From: a virus
Length of the DNA: 64,000 nt
Virus record (IMG/VR): IMGVR_UViG_3300017766_003354
Coordinates: 1-64,000 of that record
Reading direction: 5' to 3' (one strand)
Position numbers and translations under genes: made by a program. Positions 42,201-52,219 of the stretch are shown here, one piece after another (within the stretch, counting starts at the first letter, position 1; every line of letters begins with the position of its first letter). The notes under the pieces were generated by a model. That model was not told where the DNA came from. It did no database searches and worked only from the letters and a program-made list of their open reading frames with translations.

Positions 42201-42752
42201 ATGATCAACAAAATCTTTTGGGACATTGACGAAACCCTAATTTATACCTCCCTTCATCCCCCAGAACAAGAACACATTTTCTTTTCTATTGATGAAGATA
42301 TTTATTATACAATCGTGCGGCCCTGCGCAAAACGATTGATCGAATTCTCGCGAGAACTCGTAGGAGAAGAGAATGTTTTTATTCTTACCACTTCCACCCG
42401 AGAATATGCCACTAATGTAAATCGATTGGCCTTATTTGGATTTAAAGACGTTCAAATTTGGCCTCGCGAAGATATCCAGAAGCATTACTATCCCACAGCT
42501 TACGGCGGTCAGGGTGTTATTCCCCATGCTTTTGCTGATCCAGAGAATATTCTAATCGACAATCTTCCTCCGCGTTATAATGACGCAAAAATTGGAATGA
42601 TTGGAATCGGCCAAACTTACCACGAAAGGTATTTCCAATGTCGAGATTATTATGGCATTGATTTTCCGAATGATCCTTTTGAAAATGATGTAAAGAAATT
42701 TCTTACTAATTTGCACGAATATGAAACCACAAAAACTATATTCACTGACTGA
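42201..42752 (+). CDS. HAD/FCP1-like phosphatase
   Basis: FWDIDETLI, VRP, LTTSTREYA, LIDN. Confidence 0.75.
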   Translation: MINKIFWDIDETLIYTSLHPPEQEHIFFSIDEDIYYTIVRPCAKRLIEFSRELVGEENVFILTTSTREYATNVNRLALFGFKDVQIWPREDIQKHYYPTAYGGQGVIPHAFADPENILIDNLPPRYNDAKIGMIGIGQTYHERYFQCRDYYGIDFPNDPFENDVKKFLTNLHEYETTKTIFTD

Positions 42753-43584
42753 TTTGCTGGATTATTTTCTCGGCACTCAGGGAAAAGAAATTTGGGAAGT
42801 CCGAACGGAAATCAAAGACTGGTTTTCGGACAACTATATTTGGGAGGGAGACGTTCGAGTTTGCGAACTGACGAATTACCCATATTCTAATTTTTCAGAA
42901 AAAAGCGATGCTATTTGCGCTTTTTGTGAATCGTGTCTTGAGGAATTCGGGATGTCTGATTACGAAATCAAGCCACTTGAGCCTTGTGGTGGATGGAAGT
43001 TTTTAAAAATCGTAGTAAACTAATATGACAAACAAACAAAAATTTATACTGACCAACGACGAAGACGGCCATTGGTATATTATCCCCGAATCTAAAAAGG
43101 ATGAATTCGACAACTGGCTGGACCTCGTTTATTCTGAAGAGGCCGATTGCGGAGATATGCCAGAATGGGCAAAATGCATTGACGGCCCGCACTCTATTAT
43201 CATTCATGAATATTCTGAAGTGTAAAAGCTTCTAGTGGATGATTTTAATTCAGACAGGCCAGACTACTCAAAAACCGACAAAATTATAATCTCTATTCTT
43301 GGCGCGGTGTTCTTTTTTTTCATTTTAGCTTGAATTGTTGGAATTTTTGGGTAAGTTTTTGGCATGAAGTTACTCAACCCAAATACTGGAGAATTAGACG
43401 CCGCTCTTGCTGAATATCGGTTCTTTATAGATCAGCATTGTCGATGGGTCGATATTAAGCTTTTGAGGTCACTTTTATCTCTTGTTTATTTGGGATTTTG
43501 CGATGATACTATTTTTTGGATTCAAGATGATCAATTAAATTGCGAGACTATTTCAAAATTCAAAATCATATTTCCCCTGCAAAA

Positions 43585-43989
43585 ATGAAAATATCAGAAC
43601 TCATTACCCTCCTACAACGCTATCAAGAATTAGAAGAGAAGAAGGCTCATCCTGAAGATTTAGAATGTGTGATTCCAATTCAAGGTTTAAGCGGCTCTCA
43701 TTCTAAAATCAAAGGTATTGCTATTGGATTTGATTGGCATAATGGTCAGTTGCTTTTTTGCCCCGAGAATAGCTTGAATACCATAGATTCAAGGTTGTTT
43801 GACTTTTATCAAAAAGAATACTTGCGAAAGAATTCTAACTTTGCTAATGTCTGTCTAAGCAAAACAAAAGTCGCTCGGTATAAAAAGAAAGAACAGGAGT
43901 TTGCCCGCCAATGGGAAGCAGAAAATTGGCTATGGCAACAACTGCAAGAAGATGAAAAACAAGGAAAAATCAAAAACGAAATCTCATGA
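43585..43989 (+). CDS. hypothetical protein
   Basis: ORF track (start ATG 43585). Confidence 0.7.
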   Translation: MKISELITLLQRYQELEEKKAHPEDLECVIPIQGLSGSHSKIKGIAIGFDWHNGQLLFCPENSLNTIDSRLFDFYQKEYLRKNSNFANVCLSKTKVARYKKKEQEFARQWEAENWLWQQLQEDEKQGKIKNEIS

Positions 43990-44609
43990 AAAAACTACTA
44001 AGCCTACTCCTTATTTCCCAACTAAACGCTCAAGTTGAGCCTGTCAGGGAATTTAAAATCTATTCGTCCGATAATGTGGCAAATTTTGGCGAACCCGTCT
44101 TTTCGGGCCATGTCCCCAAGAGTAAAATTAAAGATTTCCTTTCTTTCGTTGTCTCAAATAAGGATACTATTTTACCAGTTAATCCTATTCCAGACCCCGT
44201 GATTCCTCCGACACAAGTTCCTGCTTTGCCTTTCGTAATCGCTTGGACGCCCCATATTGAGCCAAATGTCAGCTATCGAGTCACCTACTGGCAGACAGGA
44301 AAACCAGAAATCGTCCTTAATACGCCCAAAACTAAAGTCTCTGTTGAGGGTCTGGTCGCTAATACCGATTATTTCTTTAATGTTCGATCTATTAGTTCAT
44401 CGGGTTTGGTGGGTCTTCCTACAGCGAATTTAACTTATAGACAAGATTCAGCCATTCTTTCAATGCCAGTTCTTCTCCCGACAGAAAAACGTAGGATCAT
44501 CAATGTGCTCATGTCAACAGACGGTGGAACTACTTATAACTCAATCGGCAAAGTAATTTACCCAAAAATTACGGGACAAAAATACAAAACTTTAATTTCA
44601 GAAGAATAA
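43986..44609 (+). CDS. secreted fibronectin type III domain protein
   Basis: signal peptide MKKLLSLLLISQLNAQ; W..P...YRVTY...VEGLVANTDYFFNVRS. Confidence 0.7.
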   Translation: MKKLLSLLLISQLNAQVEPVREFKIYSSDNVANFGEPVFSGHVPKSKIKDFLSFVVSNKDTILPVNPIPDPVIPPTQVPALPFVIAWTPHIEPNVSYRVTYWQTGKPEIVLNTPKTKVSVEGLVANTDYFFNVRSISSSGLVGLPTANLTYRQDSAILSMPVLLPTEKRRIINVLMSTDGGTTYNSIGKVIYPKITGQKYKTLISEE

Positions 44610-45319
44610 TGTATAAATTTCGCGACAATCGAATTGTCCTCATTGGAGACACCCACTCTACTGATACCACTTATGAAATCTTGAATCTTCGGATTCCAGA
44701 GGGTTCAGATGTTGTTCATATTGGAGACGGCGGGTGGGGCTTCGGAAAGCCAGAATATGCGCTTGATAATGCCCGTTCTTGGAAAGAGCGAATAAACAAA
44801 CTATGTGTGAAATTAGACATTCGGCTTTTTCATCTAATTGGCAACCATGATAATCCCGCCATTTGGGAATTGCCTTCTACCGAAAATCTCATTTTCGTAA
44901 AGTCGGGAGAAGTCGCGGAGTTTCCTAATGGCAAAAAAGTTCTGCTTGTCGGTGGAGGAATCTCCGTTGATAGGTATTCAAGAAAAAAGGGAGAATCTTA
45001 TTGGATTATGGAACATACTCCATATATTAATCCAGTAGAGAAAACCAATTTTGTTTTTTCTCACGACTGCCCCGATAACTTTAATCACCCAACTGCGACA
45101 CTCCCGCGCTCTTATGGATGGTATGTAGAAAGAGATCCAACTTTAATGGATGATTGCGTTGCCCAAAGAGAAAACATGGCGAGAATCTGGCGAGAAAGTG
45201 GCGCAAAAAAATGCTTTTATGGTCATTTTCACAACTCAAAACTAGAAACAGTAGGCGAAGTTGTTGCTAGGTGCTTGGATATTAATGAGTTGTATGAGTT
45301 TAACGCGAACGAACAATGA
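44609..45319 (+). CDS. metallophosphoesterase
   Basis: GDTH, HIGD, GNHD, SHDCP, GHFH. Confidence 0.88.
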   Translation: MYKFRDNRIVLIGDTHSTDTTYEILNLRIPEGSDVVHIGDGGWGFGKPEYALDNARSWKERINKLCVKLDIRLFHLIGNHDNPAIWELPSTENLIFVKSGEVAEFPNGKKVLLVGGGISVDRYSRKKGESYWIMEHTPYINPVEKTNFVFSHDCPDNFNHPTATLPRSYGWYVERDPTLMDDCVAQRENMARIWRESGAKKCFYGHFHNSKLETVGEVVARCLDINELYEFNANEQ

Positions 45320-45862
45320 AGATCTACTACTACGAATACTCTGACGACCGAATCGACTGGTGGAAGGGTTCTCTTTCTTGGTCTGTGATGAATTGTATTG
45401 ACATGGCTCAAAAGCAGCCCTATCCTTGGCGCATCATGGAATTTGAAATGTCAAAAATTTCAAAACCTGTGAAGGAATCGGAAATCCAAGAAGCTTTAAG
45501 AGATTTGGCTATTTTTAACACCCTTTTTATAAACAAAACAAACTAAATGCAAATTAAAATCGACCAAAACGACATCTTCGATTATGTAGTAGGAAATTCC
45601 AACTACGATCCAATCGAAAAATGCATCGATCCTCTTCTTTTTGAAGTCTTCGATACTTCAATCTATGACAGAAAGCGAAAAGAATTCCTTATTCAAAATG
45701 AAGAATATAAAAGTTTCTGTTCTCAAGTTTCTAATCTACGGCGCAACGCCTCGACAATGAATAGATCCGAAGTTATTAAAATTTGTGCCGAGCTAGCAGA
45801 AATCGCGCCGTCTCAAGTGAACTTGGTTGACATTCTAACATACGAGTGATAGTGTAACCATA

Positions 45863-46396
45863 GTGATGATCAGTAATATAGCTAAAAATTTAAGTTCGCA
45901 TCAACATATTAATATGTCAAGGTTTGTAGGAGAACACGGTCAAAGGAAATACTACGATTCATGTCGAACTGCGGGTCTAGACATTAAAAAAACAGGAAAA
46001 AAAGACGACATTAATCATATCGATTTCGTTGTCGATGGGAAAACCGTTGATGCCAAGGGCCTCAAAAAAACGCATAAAAAGGGCCAAATTCTGGTAGAAA
46101 TTAAGAATGTTCAGGGGAAAGATGGCTGGTGTTCTAAGTCGGGTCCTGATTTTGTGGCTTTTGATTTTGGGGCTTTTTTTCTCCATGTTAAGAATTCTGA
46201 CCTTTTATCTTTGGTTAATCGAAAGTGTGACCTCAAGAAAATCGTTTTGAAGGCCGACGACGCTCTCTATAAGGGATATTCTCGCAAAGATCGAGACGAC
46301 TTAATGACAATTGTTAGTCTAACAGATGTTATCAAAGAGTGTGAACATTGGTTTTTGCCGTCTGAGCCTTTTCACGAACCTTTCCGACTTTTGTAA
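45863..46396 (+). CDS. PD-(D/E)XK-type nuclease-like protein; paralog of 3571-4083
   Basis: HIDF...VDAKG, VEIKNVQGKDGW, DFVAF, YSRKDRDD. Confidence 0.7.
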   Translation: MMISNIAKNLSSHQHINMSRFVGEHGQRKYYDSCRTAGLDIKKTGKKDDINHIDFVVDGKTVDAKGLKKTHKKGQILVEIKNVQGKDGWCSKSGPDFVAFDFGAFFLHVKNSDLLSLVNRKCDLKKIVLKADDALYKGYSRKDRDDLMTIVSLTDVIKECEHWFLPSEPFHEPFRLL

Positions 46397-46592
46397 TTAT
46401 GGCTTATCTTTCACGAAATTGGTGTTCTTTCTGCAAAGCAGACGCCCATCATATAAATAATAAATGTAGCATTTGTGCAGACCGAATAATGAAAGAAAAG
46501 TGGCTCCTTTGGAACGCTCTTGATACAGACACAAAAATTAATCAACTGCTAGAAAGAATCGAAAAACTCGAAGCTGGACCTCCTAGATATTC

Positions 46593-47117
46593 ATGAATCT
46601 ACTAAAAAATACAATTGTTTATTTGGCTGGCGCTCTTGAAAACGCCACTGACGGAGAAAGTTGGAGAAACAGGCTTGCCCCTCAGTTAGAAAATCTGGGA
46701 GTCAAAGTTTTAGATCCAACAAAGCAAATGTTTTTTGCTCAATCCGCCGAAACTCCAGAAATTCGCGAGCAATTAAAAATCTGGAGGCAAGAAGGGAATT
46801 TTTCAGCCATTCATGATTTCATGAAAGAAGTAATTCGGCGTGACTTGAGGGCTGTTGATATTAGCACCTTCATTGTTTGTAAGTTGGAACCCGATATTCC
46901 TAGCTTTGGCACAATTCACGAAGTAGTTGTAGCTGCGACACAAAGAAAGCCTCTCTTGTTTATACTAGAAGACAAAAAAAAGATGCCGCTCTGGTTAATC
47001 GGAATGGTGAACATGGATTATGTTTTTGATTCTGAATGGGGGCTATTGACTTATTTAAAACTCGCTAATGACGGCCTGATTAAGCTCGACACCAAGTATT
47101 GGAAAATTTTGGCTTGA
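46593..47117 (+). CDS. nucleoside 2-deoxyribosyltransferase-like protein
   Basis: VYLAGA..WR, VLDP, RDL..VD, SFGTIHE. Confidence 0.75.
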   Translation: MNLLKNTIVYLAGALENATDGESWRNRLAPQLENLGVKVLDPTKQMFFAQSAETPEIREQLKIWRQEGNFSAIHDFMKEVIRRDLRAVDISTFIVCKLEPDIPSFGTIHEVVVAATQRKPLLFILEDKKKMPLWLIGMVNMDYVFDSEWGLLTYLKLANDGLIKLDTKYWKILA

Positions 47118-47148
47118 CAGTTCTTCGCTGTTGAAATAGTATTGCGGC

Positions 47149-47820
47149 ATGGCGAGTTCAAAAATAATTTGTATAGGTGATGTTCATGGAGAGCTAGAAA
47201 AGCTCAAATCTCTTTTCAGTAAACTACAATTTACAAAAGAAGATACAATCATTTTTCTTGGTGACTACATTGATCGCGGGAAAGACAGTAAGGGAGTAAT
47301 CGATTTCATCATTTCTCTAAAAGACAAATGCAATCTAATCACTCTCAAAGGCAACCACGAATCCTTCTTCCTTGAAACTCTGAAATATCCATCAGGCAAG
47401 ATGGCCGATTCTTGGATGATGAATGGGGGAATGAAGTGTCTCGAATCTTATGTCCCAATGGATAAATGGGATTCTCAAGATCCAGTTGAAGAAATGCAAA
47501 AACTCCATGGCGAATTTTTCGGAAATCTTCAATTGACTTATGAAACCGAAAACTTTATTTTTGTTCATGGTTATCTTTCTCATGAGCTTGATTTAGAAGA
47601 TCAAGAAGAGTTTTTGTGTCTTTGGGGTCGATATACAGATATTTGGCCTCATAAGTCAGTAAAGACCGTTGTTTGCGGTCACTCTATTCAAAGAGATGGG
47701 CCAACAAACGGAGGATTCAAAATATGCATAGACACAGGATCTTTTAAATCTGAAGGTTATATTACTGCTTTTGTCATTGAAGATCAAAAATCAAAATTTG
47801 TTGACAGTAGAAAACAATAA
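47149..47820 (+). CDS. Ser/Thr protein phosphatase (PPP family)
   Basis: GDVHG, GDYIDRG, GNHE, FVHG, CGH, IDTG. Confidence 0.9.
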   Translation: MASSKIICIGDVHGELEKLKSLFSKLQFTKEDTIIFLGDYIDRGKDSKGVIDFIISLKDKCNLITLKGNHESFFLETLKYPSGKMADSWMMNGGMKCLESYVPMDKWDSQDPVEEMQKLHGEFFGNLQLTYETENFIFVHGYLSHELDLEDQEEFLCLWGRYTDIWPHKSVKTVVCGHSIQRDGPTNGGFKICIDTGSFKSEGYITAFVIEDQKSKFVDSRKQ

Positions 47821-48031
47821 AATATATGGAGCAAAACCCTGATAATTATCATACCCATGCACTCGAAGACTATTCTTGGGAGGGAAGTCTTACGCTCCAA
47901 ACATTTCCGCCGAATGTCGGCCACTTTGAATTTTCTCAAATTCCAGACTTTAAAATTATGGTCAACAAAATGCCGTCTTTGTGGTTTAGGTTTTGGGTGA
48001 GGTTTTTCTTTAGGGCTAAATTTATTAAATC

Positions 48032-48388
48032 ATGAAACAACTAATACTTTCTCTACTTCTCTAGTCTCTAATCTGCGCCCAAGAATACCATGCAAGAGTT
48101 ACTTACTACTGGACTGGTCACATTACCTCCTTGGGAAAGAAACCAATCGCAGGAAAGACCATTGCTGTTGATCCAAAGGTCATCCCGTATGGGTCAAAAA
48201 TTCATATCCCACGTATGGGAAAGACGTATATTTCTGGAGATACTGGCCCAGCCGTTGTATCCAAAACCGCTTCCAAGGGAAAAACAATTGTAGTCGATAT
48301 TTATTGCTCTTCAAAAGCAGAAGCCCAAAAGCTTATTAAAAAATACCCAATGTATATGAAAATCAAAGTAGAGAAACCAAATCAATGA
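48032..48388 (+). pseudogene. 3D-domain (MltA-like) cell-wall enzyme with in-frame TAG in the signal peptide
   Basis: IAVDPKVIPYGS, DTG, VDIY; MKQLILSLLL*SLICAQ (TAG 48062-48064). Confidence 0.65.
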
Positions 48389-48807
48389 ACGAATTCCGAG
48401 AAATCTTACTAGTAGGAGAATACGCTAATGATGGCAAATTATACCCAGCAGCAAAAATCGTCTCCAAAGAGCCTATTGATTTTAATGTAATTTGGCTTGC
48501 TGGCATGTGTGTTACGGTATATGATACTTTCGAATCGAGTCTCGAAGAAGATAAAAAGCCCTTATTTTATAAAGCTTTTAATGAAGTTTTCCAAAACATG
48601 ATGGAAACCCGCGATAAGTATTCTTTCAAAGTAGCGGAAGTTCCCAAAAATGAGCCTTGAATCTTTCACCGTAGGATGCTCGATGATCCTGTATTTTATC
48701 ACTGGATCAAGCTTCGCCTTTCGAGGAGAATTTTCGTGGGCGCTTGTCTGGTATGCTTATGGGGTTGCTAATTTAGGGCTAATTTTGGCCGCAAAACAAT
48801 AAAAAAT

Positions 48808-49323
48808 ATGACAACACACTACGAAAAAATGCGTTCATTTTGCACTTCTTGGACTGACGACCATATTAAAGGGTTCTTTGGGTGGAGTGCTGATGAATAT
48901 GGGTTTCTAAGTAATTTCCATCGCTGCGATGTAGTCTTTGAAGGAGAGCTTTACCCTTCTTCAGAAAACGCATATATGGCGGCAAAAACAACCGATGAAA
49001 ATATTCGAATTAAATTCCAAGACTGGAACTTTTCTTCTGCTGAAGCTAAGAAATTGGGACAGTCTATTCAATTGAGACCCCATTGGGAAGAATTGAAGTT
49101 GGAGATTATGAGTTCTATTGTAGAAGACAAGTTCCGCCGCAATTTAGATATCCAACAAAGGCTTTTAGATACTGGCGATAAATACTTGGAAGAAACAAAC
49201 TGGTGGAATGACCGATTTTGGGGTGTTGACTATCGCAGTGGCGAAGGAGAAAATCACTTGGGCAAAATTTTAATGAAAGTAAGGAAAAAGATCCGAAATG
49301 AACTACAAGAAAGAACAATTTGA
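48808..49323 (+). CDS. NADAR family protein
   Basis: FLSNF, SSENAYMAAK, AKKLG, KF..N..L..LL.TG...LEE...DRFWG...GENHLGKILMKVR. Confidence 0.9.
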   Translation: MTTHYEKMRSFCTSWTDDHIKGFFGWSADEYGFLSNFHRCDVVFEGELYPSSENAYMAAKTTDENIRIKFQDWNFSSAEAKKLGQSIQLRPHWEELKLEIMSSIVEDKFRRNLDIQQRLLDTGDKYLEETNWWNDRFWGVDYRSGEGENHLGKILMKVRKKIRNELQERTI

Positions 49324-49438
49324 CTTCCGATTGAAGCACCTATATTCTGAACTCCGAGCAGCAAACCTCGGTGATAAGCATTTTTGGGTGCATCAGATTA
49401 ATTTGTTTTTAGATTCAGCACCGAAATTTTAAAAAAAT

Positions 49439-49612
49439 ATGAAAGACGAAGAAAAAATAGAAATACTGGCCGATCTTCTTAATCAATGTCTTGAGTGTTG
49501 CAACCAAGAACGAAGTTTCGAAGTGAAGGGAATAATTGATGGCAAATTTGTTGTTGCTTTTGATATTGTTGAAATTAAAGAAGACGATTATATTGGATTC
49601 GCTGGATATTAA
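49439..49612 (+). CDS. small hypothetical protein, paralog of 55721-55933
   Basis: LLNQCLECCNQERSFEVKGI...FDIVEI...GY. Confidence 0.6.
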   Translation: MKDEEKIEILADLLNQCLECCNQERSFEVKGIIDGKFVVAFDIVEIKEDDYIGFAGY

Positions 49613-50395
49613 AATTATGAAACCAAAACAATCGCCCTTATCTTTCGTTGAGAGCGGCAAATATTTGCCTGAATTTATGCGAGATTTTCACGATCAAAAA
49701 AATCTCTTTAAACTGATTCACAATACCTATTCTCAAGACAACAAAAACGCTAACTTATATCCTGACTGGATTAAAGCTCATTGTTATACGATTGATTGGT
49801 TTTTGTGGTTTATGGGTCAAAGGGGCTATACGCTTCAGAAAAATAGATCGAATGTCGAATTTAAGCCTTTGCTTTTGAAATAATATGGACAACTTGAATG
49901 ACTTAGAACAAATCCTCGATACGATGATTTCCAAGCAGAAAGAAAAGAAGACAAAAACTTTTGTTGCCCGTTATAAGGGGAAAAACTTGATAATGCGCTC
50001 TGGCAAAAGTAGTTGGAAGCAAACAAATTACGCCAAATCTTCAATTATTCAGCATTTTTGCGGCCCTGAAAGGCGTTATGTTTATCCTGTAGATTGGAAT
50101 AAATTGGGTGAAACCGCAGAAGACCGTAAAAAAAGAAAAGAAGAATTCCGAAAAAAGCTTTTTGAATTGATTGAAATTGTAGAATTAACAGAATGACAAC
50201 AAAACAATTAAAACTATCTCTTGATTTGGAAGTTCTTGAATATGCAATCGAAATTTGTCAACTCAGCAAGAGTAACCTTAAAAAAGACGGCTGGAATGCC
50301 GCTTGTGAAAATATTGAGTGTTTTCTCCAAGCGGCAAAAGAAAGATTGCAAATGGGCCTTGATCTTCGGGATTATGCCGTGACTCAATAATTAAT

Positions 50396-50968
50396 ATGAA
50401 CGCAGTAACCGCAAACACAAAAACAACTTTGCTTCTTAATAATGCTTGGCAGCCAATTACGGTTGTCACGGCACGGGCGGCATTTCAGCATTTGCACAAG
50501 AGAAGAATCTCTGCATTGGATAAAGACAGCAATATCTTTCATTCTTTGGACTCTTGGAATACTTTGGGGGTTTATTACGATGATCAGCCGTTTCTAAGAA
50601 GTGCTCATGCTGCTTGGCCGATTCCTACTGTAATCGTAGTAAATAGTAAATTCTTCAGAAAGCCGAAAAAGAGCAAACTAACTCTTTTTGATCTAGCGAA
50701 ACTGTGCGATTATACTTGCCAGTATTGCTTTGAAAAGTTTCCGATCAAGCAATTAAGTATTGACCACGTAAACCCTCGATCACGCGGAGGCGAAGACACT
50801 CATGATAACCGCGTGCTATCGTGTGTGCGCTGTAATCGCGCAAAAAGTAATTTTACTCCATGGCTAGATAAAAACGGCAAAATTCCAACCCCACCGTCGA
50901 TCCCCGCGTTGATGTTGAATGCGGAAAAAATTCGTCCCGAATGGAATAGTTTTGTGAATAATCATTAA
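50396..50968 (+). CDS. HNH endonuclease (McrA-like/HNH_5 type)
   Basis: TLLLN..WQPI, P.VI, CQYC, SIDHVNPRSRGG...N.V.SC..CN..K. Confidence 0.88.
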   Translation: MNAVTANTKTTLLLNNAWQPITVVTARAAFQHLHKRRISALDKDSNIFHSLDSWNTLGVYYDDQPFLRSAHAAWPIPTVIVVNSKFFRKPKKSKLTLFDLAKLCDYTCQYCFEKFPIKQLSIDHVNPRSRGGEDTHDNRVLSCVRCNRAKSNFTPWLDKNGKIPTPPSIPALMLNAEKIRPEWNSFVNNH

Positions 50969-51116
50969 TTTATTGAATTTTATTTTTCCCATTTGATAAT
51001 CCTGTGTAAGAAACAAAGAACATGCGATATTTTATTTCAACACTCTGCCCGAAATCCGCCCAAAATTGGGAGGATGGAGTGTAAGTTGGGGTCAAATAAA
51101 GTTTTCTTCTTTTTGG

Positions 51117-51143
51117 CCCAGCACTCAAAACGCTGGGTTTTTT
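51117..51143 (+). terminator. intrinsic terminator after a 20-codon mini-ORF
   Basis: CCCAGC actcaaaac GCTGGG TTTTTT. Confidence 0.75.
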
Positions 51144-51172
51144 GTTAATCTGAAAAATTTCTCAAAAACAGG

Positions 51173-51200
51173 TTGACAAAATCCGAAAATCAAGTAAGTT
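51173..51200 (+). promoter_or_regulatory. promoter heading the tRNA array
   Basis: TTGACA-N16-TAAGTT. Confidence 0.7.
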
Positions 51201-51217
51201 CCTCTCAGACAAAACAA

Positions 51218-51410
51218 ATCCGCTCGCAAGACGAAAGTTTTAAGAGTGGCCGTGACGGTGGAAATGGTTCGGCCCCACCCCTTGAGGTTTAAAAAGCCTT
51301 CGGGATCGAGATTTTCTCTGGCAATCTTTCCGCTTGCCAATCGAGGAGCCATCCTTGAGAAAGTTTTATTCTTCTTGAGTCTTCACAAATTCGAAGAAAA
51401 GACAGCGGAT
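51218..51410 (+). ncRNA. candidate structured ncRNA at the 5' end of the tRNA array
   Basis: ATCCGCT/AGCGGAT closing helix, internal hairpins, no credible ORF. Confidence 0.4.
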
Positions 51411-51533
51411 CGGTTTTTGGCTCTTGACAATAGCTGGTGATTCGGCAACGATACGGAACCTTAGCGAACACTGGCGGAACTAGACGAATTAATCACTCGT
51501 TATAACTGCTGGTTAGTAGCTTAAATTTTCAAT

Positions 51534-51608
51534 GGTGCTATAGTTTAAAAGTAAGAACTCCTGACTTTCAATCAGAGGATCTCGGAGCGTTACCGAGTAG
51601 CACTTCCA
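51534..51608 (+). tRNA. tRNA-Glu(TTC)
   Basis: cloverleaf, GGTGCTA/TAGCACT, CCA; atypical T loop. Confidence 0.85.
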
Positions 51609-51616
51609 TTTTTTAT

Positions 51617-51692
51617 CAGGGTATGGTGTAACTTGGTAGCACGATACATTTGGGATGTATTAGTTTCGGCTCAAATCCGAATATCCTGACCA
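51617..51692 (+). tRNA. tRNA-Pro(TGG)
   Basis: cloverleaf, CCA. Confidence 0.9.
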
Positions 51693-51705
51693 ATTTATAA
51701 ATTCA

Positions 51706-51881
51706 GACAAAGGGGCAGTTCGAATCTGCGGTATTCCTTGAGGATATAAGGTGTAATGGATGCACGTTGTCGCAAATTCTTGAGGATCGGTTCGATTCCG
51801 ATATTGGTGTAACGGTAGCACGCAAGCAACACCCTAAGAACGGTTCGATTCCGTATAAATAGTGTAACGGCAGCACGGGGG
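51706..51881 (+). ncRNA. three tandem circularly permuted tRNA-elbow (T-arm then D-arm) modules
   Basis: GTTCGA T-arms at 51715, 51786, 51840, each followed by a GTGTAA.GG..GCAC D-arm and closed by its own short stem. Confidence 0.7.
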
Positions 51882-51892
51882 CAATTTTCAAT

Positions 51893-51969
51893 AGCGCGGA
51901 GGACAAGAAGGTTAGTCACTAGGCTCATAACCTAGGTTCTGGTGGATTCGAGCGCCACCTGCGCAACCA
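51893..51969 (+). tRNA. tRNA-Met(CAT), 1:72 mismatch (initiator-like)
   Basis: CTAGG CT CAT AA CCTAG, CCA. Confidence 0.8.
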
Positions 51970-51977
51970 TTTTCAAT

Positions 51978-52053
51978 TGGACAGCAAGCATATAAGTGTG
52001 CAAGAGTCTCATACGCTCTCATCGTATCGGTGCAATTCCGATCTGTCCTACCA
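51978..52053 (+). tRNA. tRNA(CAT) Met or Ile2
   Basis: AGAGT CT CAT AC GCTCT, CCA. Confidence 0.8.
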
Positions 52054-52153
52054 ATTTTCGCTGCATATCAATAAACGAATTCGCGATTAGTTTTTTGAGA
52101 AGGTGGAATGGGTTGGGCTAAAGCAAATGACCAACCGCAGCGATTAATTCAAA

Positions 52154-52206
52154 CGCCTCCTGCTGGCTAGCGCATCGGGATCATGACCTGATATGGGAGG
52201 CGACCA
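52154..52206 (+). ncRNA. 53-nt T-armless mini-tRNA-like RNA with CAT loop and ACCA end
   Basis: CGCCTCC/GGAGGCG-ACCA; TCGGG AT CAT GA CCTGA. Confidence 0.55.
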
Positions 52207-52219
52207 ATTTATACATCTT

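Noticed and set aside
43236-43353. In-frame TGA in a small membrane ORF as Trp recoding
   Set aside because: The TGA is part of the -35 box (TTGAAT) of the leaderless promoter for 43364.
11785-48388. Genome-wide stop codon reassignment (code 15 or 4)
   Set aside because: Long genes are uninterrupted in code 11, TAG ends rtcB normally, no suppressor tRNA was found, and the premature stops are of mixed type.
51218-51530. tmRNA or RNase P RNA
   Set aside because: No tRNA-Ala-like ends or tag ORF, and no RNase P P4 signature (GAGGAAAGUCC/AAACAGAA).
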